Positions 57,176 through 64,000 of a DNA stretch of 64,000 bases are shown in pieces. Every line of letters begins with the position of its first letter. The stretch's first letter is position 1. The stretch covers positions 67,925-131,924 of the forward strand of contig JBBRAK010000001.1 in NCBI GenBank assembly GCA_038206875.1, written 5' to 3'. The notes below the pieces were generated by a model. It searched no databases. It was not told the origin of the DNA and saw only the letters and a list, made by a program, of their open reading frames with translations. The stretch is from Candidatus Saccharimonadales bacterium. GTDB lineage: Bacteria > Patescibacteriota > Saccharimonadia > Saccharimonadales > JBBQAJ01. Both the position numbers and the translations under genes were made by a program.

Positions 57176-57924
57176 AACAACTGTTGATGGGATTTGATGT
57201 CATGGACGCGGAGGTATTTTGCGCCGGAGGCTATGGCTCGCTTGCCTGCCTCTAGGTTGGGTTCTATGTCCATTCGGTTTTCTCCTAGGAATCGTTTTCG
57301 GGAGTAGCCTATCATGACTGGTTTGCCGGGGAGCTCTCGGGCAAACTCTACCAGCTGGGCATTTAACTCCATGGTTTTTCCAAAGCCAATGCCGGGGTCT
57401 AAGATAATGTTTTTCTGTTTTACTCCAGCGCTGATAAGTTCTGCTTCCCTGACTAGAAGTTCGCTTTTGACTTCATCTACGGTTGTTAATAGGTCTTTGC
57501 TGGTGTGAGCAGTAGCGATGTCTGTGCCAAATTTGGCTGGCAAATTGCTGACAATCACTGGCAGTTGTAACTGTGTGGCAGTCTTTATCATTTTCGGGTT
57601 ATTAAACCCTGTGACGTCGTTGATAATATATGGACCCAGCTGAGCTGCTTTTTTTAGTGTTTCTGGATGATGACTGTCTAGAGATATTTTGCCAGGATAT
57701 TTTGGTATCAAAATTTCAAGGATGTCTTTGATTCTACTCCATTCTCGGTCTGCCGAAATGGCAGTAGAGCGTGGGTTCGTTGATTCTCCGCCGACATCAA
57801 CTATAGCTGCGCCTTCCGCAAAAAGTTCGTCTGCTTGCTTCAATGCTTCTTGCGTACCAGCAAATTTACCGCCATCACTAAAACTATCTGGGGTAACATT
57901 CAAGACTCCTACAAGTTGTACCAT
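57172..57924 (-). CDS. folP: dihydropteroate synthase
   Basis: GVLNVTPDSFSDGG signature and the pterin-binding TIM-barrel pattern. Confidence 0.9.
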   Translation of the reverse strand: MVQLVGVLNVTPDSFSDGGKFAGTQEALKQADELFAEGAAIVDVGGESTNPRSTAISADREWSRIKDILEILIPKYPGKISLDSHHPETLKKAAQLGPYIINDVTGFNNPKMIKTATQLQLPVIVSNLPAKFGTDIATAHTSKDLLTTVDEVKSELLVREAELISAGVKQKNIILDPGIGFGKTMELNAQLVEFARELPGKPVMIGYSRKRFLGENRMDIEPNLEAGKRAIASGAKYLRVHDIKSHQQLF

Positions 57925-57936
57925 GGTTCAATTATA

Positions 57937-58605
57937 TCAGCTGACTTTTATAAATTTGCCAAGGGCCAGATTATTTAGCTTATGTTCACCGAAGTGGGTA
58001 CGGTGGAGTTTTACTACATTGTAGCCAAAATATTCAAAAGTTCGCCTGATTTGGCGGTTTCTGCCCTCTGCCATTGTTACTTTCCAATTTACGTCGTCGG
58101 AGTCATTTATGTGCTCTAAATGAAGAATGCTGGGTCCATCGTTTAGCATTGCTCCTTTATCGATGATTTCTTTGTAGTCTTGTGGTGTGAGCGGTTTGTT
58201 TAGTGCGATTTTGTATATTTTGGTTTTTTGAAACTTGGGGTGGGTTAGTGCGTGGGCCAGGTCGCCATTATCCGTCAAAAGTAAAAGTCCAGAAGAGTTT
58301 TTGTCTAGTCTGCCAACAGATTTAAGGTCTTGATACTGATTGGGGAGTAGCTCGTATATGGTTTTGCTGCCCTGCCCGTCTCTGGAGCATACGTAGTCAA
58401 CTGGTTTGTTGAGCATGATGGTTGTATGGCGATTGTAGTTTGTATTGAGTGGCGATTTGTCCAAGGTGACAATGTCGTTCTCAGATATTTGCATGCCAAC
58501 TGTAGGGGTTTCGCTGTTTACGAGTACTCGACCGGCAGAGATTGCTTGATCTGCAGATCGGCGACTGAGCCCAGTGGCTTGAGCGATGAATTTGTTTAGA
58601 CGCAT
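57937..58605 (-). CDS. RsuA/RluB-family 16S/23S rRNA pseudouridine synthase
   Basis: N-terminal S4 domain (RLNKFIAQATGLSRRSA) and catalytic GRLD motif (VGRLDKNSSGLLLLTD). Confidence 0.85.
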   Translation of the reverse strand: MRLNKFIAQATGLSRRSADQAISAGRVLVNSETPTVGMQISENDIVTLDKSPLNTNYNRHTTIMLNKPVDYVCSRDGQGSKTIYELLPNQYQDLKSVGRLDKNSSGLLLLTDNGDLAHALTHPKFQKTKIYKIALNKPLTPQDYKEIIDKGAMLNDGPSILHLEHINDSDDVNWKVTMAEGRNRQIRRTFEYFGYNVVKLHRTHFGEHKLNNLALGKFIKVS

Positions 58606-58653
58606 TTAGATAGCTTATAGTAGTTGTCTGTCGTGGGCTAGTATGCCAATTGT

Positions 58654-59754
58654 TTATAGTGCAACGTCAGCTGGTGAACCGGCATTGGTGGCGGAGGGGC
58701 CATTTGGCAAAATAAGATTTTCCGAACTGCCTGGCTCTGTAACTTCAACGTTTTTTGGCTCTGATAATTTTGTGGCTCCACCTGGCTGAATTACTGCTTC
58801 GGATGGCGGATTGCCGTCCTGTGACACTATAGGAGATAGAGCTTCTTTTTGGTTTTCTTTTGCTTCTAGCTCACTCAAGTCTGGTATTTTCTGAGTCATG
58901 TCATTGAGGGGCTCAATAACCTTTTTGTTAGCAATTGGGACATTGTTTTCGGTATCATTTCTGTCGCTTCCAGCAGTCGGCTTTGATTCATCGGAATCTG
59001 AGGGTGCTGGAGGGGCATCTTTTACGCTAATTTGTACCGGCCCTGAAGGTTTATTTGAAGATTCTGTGTCTTCAGCTATTGGTATGTTTTCAGTTTTGGG
59101 CGGTTCTTCTGTCTTTTTTTCTGGTGTATCTCCTGGAGTGGCGGGTGGAATTGGTTCGAGTTGAGCAGAGTCTTTTACTCGGTCTTCGACTATAGCTTCT
59201 TCGTCTGCTAATGTGGCCGCCAATGCTGGGTCAACTTGCGTAGATGGCGGGTCAACCGGAACCGGTGCTACTGAAGGTGGAGAAGTAGTCGTGGCGTCAC
59301 TAATCGGAGATGGCGGAGTGGTTGATGTACCGTCGGTTGGGGCTTGTGGGGGGTCTGTTGTTGCTACAGGTGCTTTGGGAGTGTCTTCCCCGCTCAGGAC
59401 TTCGCGGGCTACTTTGGCTACGTCTTCTAGAGTAACTTGGGATTTGACCAGATACCTATCTGCGCCAAGTTTGGTGGCTCGTGCTTTATCCTCACTCTGA
59501 GAGAGTGCGGTCATCATGATGACTTTTGTATTTTTTGTCTCTGGGGTGCTACGCAGGATGTCCAGCATGTCAAAACCACTTATTTTGGGCATCATAACGT
59601 CTGAAATAATCAAATCTGGTTTTTCTTTGACTGCCATGGCCAATGCTTCTTCCCCGTCTTTGGCACTCACAATCTCATAACCTTCTGCTAACAATCTGGC
59701 TTCGTATATTTCCCGTAAGTTGTTGTCGTCTTCGACGAGCATGATTTTTGGCAT
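58654..59754 (-). CDS. response regulator: N-terminal receiver plus 240-aa Pro/Thr/Ser-rich disordered tail, no recognisable output domain
   Basis: Receiver residues intact (LVEDDNN, LIISDVMMP, IMMTA, YLVKS). The tail is low complexity (TTDPPQAPTDGTSTTPPSPISDATTTSPPSVAPVPVDPP...). Immediately downstream of the sensor kinase on the same strand. Confidence 0.8.
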   Translation of the reverse strand: MPKIMLVEDDNNLREIYEARLLAEGYEIVSAKDGEEALAMAVKEKPDLIISDVMMPKISGFDMLDILRSTPETKNTKVIMMTALSQSEDKARATKLGADRYLVKSQVTLEDVAKVAREVLSGEDTPKAPVATTDPPQAPTDGTSTTPPSPISDATTTSPPSVAPVPVDPPSTQVDPALAATLADEEAIVEDRVKDSAQLEPIPPATPGDTPEKKTEEPPKTENIPIAEDTESSNKPSGPVQISVKDAPPAPSDSDESKPTAGSDRNDTENNVPIANKKVIEPLNDMTQKIPDLSELEAKENQKEALSPIVSQDGNPPSEAVIQPGGATKLSEPKNVEVTEPGSSENLILPNGPSATNAGSPADVAL

Positions 59755-59851
59755 AGATTACCTTCCGAAGTTATGTGCTAATGCTTTTATGGAGTTAGTG
59801 TAGCATATTGGCTTAAAACAATGAACTAACGTTTTGCGTTTTTTGTGAGCT

Positions 59852-61573
59852 TTACAATACATTTTGGTTTTCTTTCGCCTTCTCTGTTGCTGCTTTTTGA
59901 GCGCTTAATCTGGGTAAGTTTATGTAAAAGGTACTGCCTTTTCTTTGTTCGCTCTCAACCCAAATTCGACCACCATATAGCTCTACAATTTTTCGGCAGA
60001 TAAACAGTCCTAGTCCGGTACCACCTATAGTTCTCGTACTAGAATTGTCTACCCGATAGAACTTCTGAAACAGATGTGGAATGTCTTCGGCTGGTATGCC
60101 GTTTCCGGTATCTTGTATGTAAAACTGAATCAATTCATCATTTCCTGTTAGCCCAACGGATATTTTACCCACATCGCTGTATTTGACGGCATTGTCAAAC
60201 AGATTAGTAATGACTTCACCCATCCTGTCGGGGTCAACAGATGCGTAGTAAAGGGGCTTAATTACTTTCCCTCCGGCTGAAACACCCGGTTTTTCTGTAG
60301 AACTATTGCCAATAGTAAAATCCATAAGTAGACCTTTTTTTTCTGCTGTAAAGCGCAAACCATCTACTATTTGCTCCAGAAACTCTCCCATTTCTGTGAC
60401 CACTGGATGGTTTACTAGTCTTCCATCTTCTGCTTTGGCGCTTATGAGCAAATCTTGAAACAGCTTGCCGAGGCGTTGTGTGCTTTCGTGTGCTTTTACC
60501 AAAAAATCGCGGGCCTTGGTGTCGATTTTTGAAACTTTTTCGTTGAGTGCTAAGGCCAAATACCCTTCAATTGCTGCTACGGGTGTGCGCATTTCATGGC
60601 TTGCAGTGCTTATAAAGTCTGCGCTCCGGTGTTCTTCGTTGCGTGCTTTGCTAACATCACGCAGAACAGCAACAGAACCGATGACCTGTGATGATTTGGG
60701 TTGGATAACGGGAGAATTGACGAAGGAAACAATTGTATTGGTTTTTCCATCACGTCCATTTACCTGTAATGTGCCTTCGAATTGTTTGCCGTTAGAAAGC
60801 ACAGATTTAAATGGATGTATACTTTCGGATAGTTCTTTGCCGTCTTCTTGGCTAAATTTTGCCACCAATTCTACATCAACACCAACTGCTTCATTTACTG
60901 CCCAACCGGTCATTTTTGCCGCAGCGGGATTTAACAGGGTTATTTTGCTTTCTAGGTCAACTACTATGACTGCATCAGAGATTGCCTGAATTAATACTTC
61001 TGACTGTTGTTGGTTGCCTTTTAGTTGGCCCGAAAGCTGGTTTACTTTTTGACTCTCAGAATTAACATAAAATCTTTTCCACAGTAGAAAACTGATCAAT
61101 CCAAAAAAGTAACTAGCAACCACCATGCCAATTGCAAAAGGAGATATGATAACTGCTCTTTCATATCCGGTCAGGGCTATAACATAGTAAAAAGATATAA
61201 CAAAGCCAGTCCCTACAGTTACAAAGTGGCCGAACATACCGCTCAACAGCACCTGCACAAACCACGCAATCATAAACCATGAATTAAGTTGTCCAGAATT
61301 ATGTATAAGCGAAATTACAATCAAACTGGCAACACTGGCAGAAAACAAAGTGGCCGACCAGATATTGTTTCTAGCTTGGCGTTTGTACAAAACAAAGCTG
61401 TATCCAGCTTGAATCGTGGCCAAAATGCCGACAATTGGCCTAAAGCCTTGGGATTGTAAATTTTCAAAAAACGGTAATGACCATGACAGCGCGACCAAAA
61501 CAATTATCAAACCGTCCAAAGCCGTAATTACTCGGTTGTACCATATATAATATTTGTCTTCGACTAGTTGCAT
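59852..61573 (-). CDS. sensor histidine kinase (multi-TM, PAS, HisKA, HATPase_c)
   Basis: Six N-terminal TM helices and a PAS-like segment. H-box STASHEMRTPVAAIEGY, N-box NLFDNAVKYS, G1 DTGNGIP, G2 GGTGLGLFI. Confidence 0.88.
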   Translation of the reverse strand: MQLVEDKYYIWYNRVITALDGLIIVLVALSWSLPFFENLQSQGFRPIVGILATIQAGYSFVLYKRQARNNIWSATLFSASVASLIVISLIHNSGQLNSWFMIAWFVQVLLSGMFGHFVTVGTGFVISFYYVIALTGYERAVIISPFAIGMVVASYFFGLISFLLWKRFYVNSESQKVNQLSGQLKGNQQQSEVLIQAISDAVIVVDLESKITLLNPAAAKMTGWAVNEAVGVDVELVAKFSQEDGKELSESIHPFKSVLSNGKQFEGTLQVNGRDGKTNTIVSFVNSPVIQPKSSQVIGSVAVLRDVSKARNEEHRSADFISTASHEMRTPVAAIEGYLALALNEKVSKIDTKARDFLVKAHESTQRLGKLFQDLLISAKAEDGRLVNHPVVTEMGEFLEQIVDGLRFTAEKKGLLMDFTIGNSSTEKPGVSAGGKVIKPLYYASVDPDRMGEVITNLFDNAVKYSDVGKISVGLTGNDELIQFYIQDTGNGIPAEDIPHLFQKFYRVDNSSTRTIGGTGLGLFICRKIVELYGGRIWVESEQRKGSTFYINLPRLSAQKAATEKAKENQNVL

Positions 61574-61715
61574 GTCCCGAGTTTGCCCACCTATACAATA
61601 TGCTTACGGTTTACTGCTAAGTATACAAGCTGTTCCCTGTTTTGACGAGGATATTTCAATATCTGTGCCCTGGTAATATTACCCCTGTTATGCTACTATT
61701 TGGCGGTTCTGACAT

Positions 61716-61791
61716 GGCCCCGTCGTCTAGTGGTTAGGATATCTGGTTCTCATCCAGAAGATCGCGGGTTCGAATCCCGCCGGGGTCACCA
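61716..61791 (+). tRNA. tRNA-Glu (anticodon CUC), CCA encoded
   Basis: Cloverleaf by hand. Acceptor GGCCCCG/CGGGGTC with one G-U pair. D-loop AGTGGTTAGGAT. Anticodon stem TCTGG/CCAGA with loop TTCTCAT (CTC at positions 34-36). T-arm GCGGG-TTCGAAT-CCCGC. Discriminator A, then CCA. Confidence 0.85.
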
Positions 61792-61799
61792 TGCAAAAT

Positions 61800-61823
61800 G
61801 CTCACCATCTGGTGGGCTTTTTG
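61800..61823 (+). terminator. intrinsic terminator after tRNA-Glu
   Basis: GCTCACCA-TCT-GGTGGGC followed by TTTTT; the flanking ATGCAAAA/TTTTGCAT can extend the stem. Confidence 0.5.
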
Positions 61824-61960
61824 CATGGTTATTCTTGCAGAATGGAATTCGCGAAGCGGGTGCGGTGGAGCGAGGACACGCACAGAAGCTTGCTTCGAGC
61901 ATGCCACAGTGGAAAAGGATGAAGTCCGCTATCGCGCCGGGGTCAACATAGTTGAATTAA

Positions 61961-61985
61961 GAGACTCTTCGGAGTCTTTTTGTTT
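61961..61985 (+). terminator. intrinsic terminator (UUCG-loop hairpin plus T-tract)
   Basis: AGACTC-TTCG-GAGTCT followed by TTTTTGTTTG. Confidence 0.5.
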
Positions 61986-62021
61986 GTCTTTCAATTGGCA
62001 TAAAGTAGTACACTATTAAAC

Positions 62022-62891
62022 CTATCGTCTTCGCATCGCACGACGTGTAGCTCTATTTAAGCCATCACCTGCGCTACCTAGAAGAAAGTGACTCTCTAGG
62101 TCTTCTAAACTATCCCCTTGGTTGCCTTTAAGAGCAACGACTTGCCGGTTTTTATTTATTCCAAATAAGAATGGTGTTGAGTTGTATATCCCTCCGAATA
62201 TTGTTCTTTGACTCCTGTGCTCATCTGTGATCATGAGGTCGGCACCAACCTGTATAGAAGTAGGCGGCACAGATAGAACATGGCCTTCTTGGATTTCGAT
62301 TCCATTCAAAGATTTGCGTCGTTGGTAAGACAGCATATCTGCACCATTACTCGCCAGATGCGCAGATAAAGACCCTAATAACGCCTCACCGATTGACCAT
62401 AGTAGAAATGTCATAGCGTCTGCGTTTGCTACTGGGTAGATACGTAGGTCTTCGAGCCAACGGACGGGTTCATCGTCGATATGTGAGCCGTATTGATTTC
62501 GTGACTTAGCGATAACCTGCTTCCATGTGAGCGATGAAGAGCTCGACCAAACTGAGTTATCATGAAAGATTGCTTCTTGGTTGAGTACATCATCTAATGG
62601 CTGTGGAGTGGAGGCATCCGAATTTACTGCTCGGATAGCTAGTATAACTGGTTGGCTGTTCCTTGATCGATTGATTTGTGGTTGCTGGTGAGCGGCCATT
62701 GATAGTTGTGGTAGTCCCTGTTCATCAAATGCTTTGTTTATTAGATCATGACCCTCGCCGTCATGTAGGAGTATTTGAAGTACCGACGCTAAGTCATCTC
62801 TCGCTACCAATGAACCACTGAATATTGCATCAAGATGAGCTTCTAGGCGTTCAAGGTTCACAATCAGTTCATCAAGTTTGCTCATGTTCAT
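62022..62891 (-). CDS. hypothetical protein (289 aa)
   Basis: No motif recognised. Higher GC than the neighbours. Lies beyond a tRNA and a partial repeat of the tRNA 3' end. Confidence 0.4.
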   Translation of the reverse strand: MNMSKLDELIVNLERLEAHLDAIFSGSLVARDDLASVLQILLHDGEGHDLINKAFDEQGLPQLSMAAHQQPQINRSRNSQPVILAIRAVNSDASTPQPLDDVLNQEAIFHDNSVWSSSSSLTWKQVIAKSRNQYGSHIDDEPVRWLEDLRIYPVANADAMTFLLWSIGEALLGSLSAHLASNGADMLSYQRRKSLNGIEIQEGHVLSVPPTSIQVGADLMITDEHRSQRTIFGGIYNSTPFLFGINKNRQVVALKGNQGDSLEDLESHFLLGSAGDGLNRATRRAMRRR

Positions 62892-63102
62892 AATTATAGC
62901 TTAATTTATGGCGGGCAACTGATAGTATAGTCCCAGTACCATGCTGGATGTCTTACGTCAGAGACAAACCCCACATAAGGTGATGGAGGCGGCCGAAATC
63001 CATAAGGATGTCGTTCCAAATTCGACACAATCAGGGTCACCAAGGCACTTATGCTTGCTTTAGCGTTTCAATATCGAGATACTTGATTGGATAGGAGATA
63101 AC

Positions 63103-63612
63103 ATGGCAGGTGAAAGATTAATTCTTACAGGGTTTATGGGGGTTGGTAAATCAACGGTTGGACCGAAGGTCGCAGATACGCTGGGTGTAAAATATTTTGA
63201 TACTGATTCATGGATGGAAACAGAGTCTGGTGTTGATGTGCCGAATTTAGTGAGTAACGACATGCCTGCCTTTCGTAAACTTGAGGCGGAGGCACTTGTA
63301 GATATACTCGGGCTAGAGCCGGGAGTAGTGTCGACGGGTGGCGGAATAGTAAGCACAGAAGTCGGCCGAAATGTTTTGTTGGCATCTGAAGTACCCGTAG
63401 TTTATTTGCTGGCTAGTTTCGGTTGGTCAGCCGAGCGAGTTGCGAATGACAAGACTGGACGCGCGAGGCCGTTATTTGATGACGTAGTGAAGGCGCGCGG
63501 TCTATATGATGAACGTGTGGAGTGGTATGAAGAGACGGCAAGTCACTATGTTGATGCCGAACAACCAATAAAGTTAGTCGCTGGTGAAATAGTAAATATC
63601 CTTAGAGCATAA
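63103..63612 (+). CDS. aroK: shikimate kinase
   Basis: P-loop LTGFMGVGKSTVG, shikimate-binding region (STGGGIV) and lid. 169 aa. Confidence 0.88.
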   Translation: MAGERLILTGFMGVGKSTVGPKVADTLGVKYFDTDSWMETESGVDVPNLVSNDMPAFRKLEAEALVDILGLEPGVVSTGGGIVSTEVGRNVLLASEVPVVYLLASFGWSAERVANDKTGRARPLFDDVVKARGLYDERVEWYEETASHYVDAEQPIKLVAGEIVNILRA

Positions 63613-63653
63613 TAGTTTAGCTATGAGTTCTACTAAGTGACTGTCGATGCTTC

Positions 63654-64000
63654 TTAGCCTATCCACTCACGGGCGTTTTGGAACATTTTGAACCAGGGGG
63701 ATTCTTTTTCCCAGTCTTTTGGATGCCAGGAAAGTTGTTGGGTTAGAAAAGCGCGTTCTGGGTGAGGCATCATTACTGTGGTTCGCCCGTCTGGTGTGGT
63801 TAGTGCTGTAATGCCGTCAGGAGAACCATTCGGGTTCATCGGATAGCGCTGGGTTGGTTTGCCGTGGTTGTCTACGAAAATTCCGGCTATTAGTTCTGTT
63901 GAAACTGTTTGTTCGGCCCTGCCTTCACCATGCGCTACTGGTATGGGCAAAATTGAACCTTCCATGTCTTTGAAAAATATTGATGGGCTGGGTTGGATTT
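63654..64000 (-). CDS. phosphoribosylformylglycinamidine synthase glutamine-amidotransferase region (purL C-terminus / purQ), N-terminus outside window
   Basis: AHGEGR.., NPNGSPDGI, TPDGR and MMPHPER are the FGAM-synthase glutaminase signature. The reading frame remains open to the window edge. Confidence 0.7.
   Translation of the reverse strand, partial: IQPSPSIFFKDMEGSILPIPVAHGEGRAEQTVSTELIAGIFVDNHGKPTQRYPMNPNGSPDGITALTTPDGRTTVMMPHPERAFLTQQLSWHPKDWEKESPWFKMFQNAREWIG

Noticed and set aside
61700-62019. 83-aa and 73-aa ORFs overlapping tRNA-Glu and its downstream GC-rich spacer
   Set aside because: They run through a tRNA gene and two terminators; spurious.
1-64000. Search for transposases, integrases, reverse transcriptases, cas genes, toxin-antitoxin pairs and rRNA
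   Set aside because: None of the translated ORFs showed the corresponding catalytic motifs (DDE, tyrosine-recombinase RHRY, YxDD, HEPN/PIN pairs), and no rRNA-like conserved blocks were seen.

Overview
The window is 64 kb of gene-dense, low-GC (roughly 40%) bacterial chromosome. It is almost entirely housekeeping and cell-envelope genes, and the repertoire suggests a small genome.

Gene order:
- serS (5' partial), hpf, secA, an M16 peptidase and prfB.
- A Pro-rich small ORF, then ftsE-ftsX and a coiled-coil+CHAP (PcsB-like) hydrolase.
- An Ala-rich small protein, an S41 Ctp protease, pyrG, an orphan CheY-like receiver and a 495-aa HEXXH protein.
- rpmA on the minus strand with a structured leader, a THUMP methyltransferase and a UPF0104 membrane protein.
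- xseA/xseB, a membrane SAM-methyltransferase, a degenerate kinase-like protein with a pseudo-receiver, recO, glyQS and a histidine phosphatase.
- A block of hypotheticals, then small-enzyme genes: an a/b-hydrolase, a PNPOx-like protein, an SDR epimerase, rnhA, a VOC protein, an NYN protein, def, galU, an AKR and a GH1 enzyme.
- A compact dcw cluster mraZ-rsmH-ftsL-ftsI-mraY-ftsW-murG-ftsQ, which lacks murE/F/D/C and ftsA/Z.
- A sigma70-region-4/HARE-HTH fusion protein, topA-dprA, pth, der, an aspartokinase, folP, rsuA, an HK/RR pair, tRNA-Glu(CUC), aroK and a partial FGAM-synthase gene.

I found no CRISPR array, transposase, integrase or rRNA.

Signals not explained by the ORF track:
- A GC-rich island with a near-consensus promoter and a bidirectional terminator (52.6-53.15 kb), a candidate structured RNA.
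- An rpmA leader that can sequester its Shine-Dalgarno (SD).
- A 55-nt dispersed repeat with a hairpin and an ATG-TGA start-stop.
- A 160-bp element flanked by 13-bp inverted repeats.
- Tandem perfect DnaA boxes plus MraZ-type GTGGG repeats upstream of mraZ.
- A kinase-like protein paired with a receiver carrying Glu at the phospho-site.
- A tRNA-Glu 3'-end duplication 150 bp downstream of the tRNA.
- An unannotated 56-aa membrane-protein gene.
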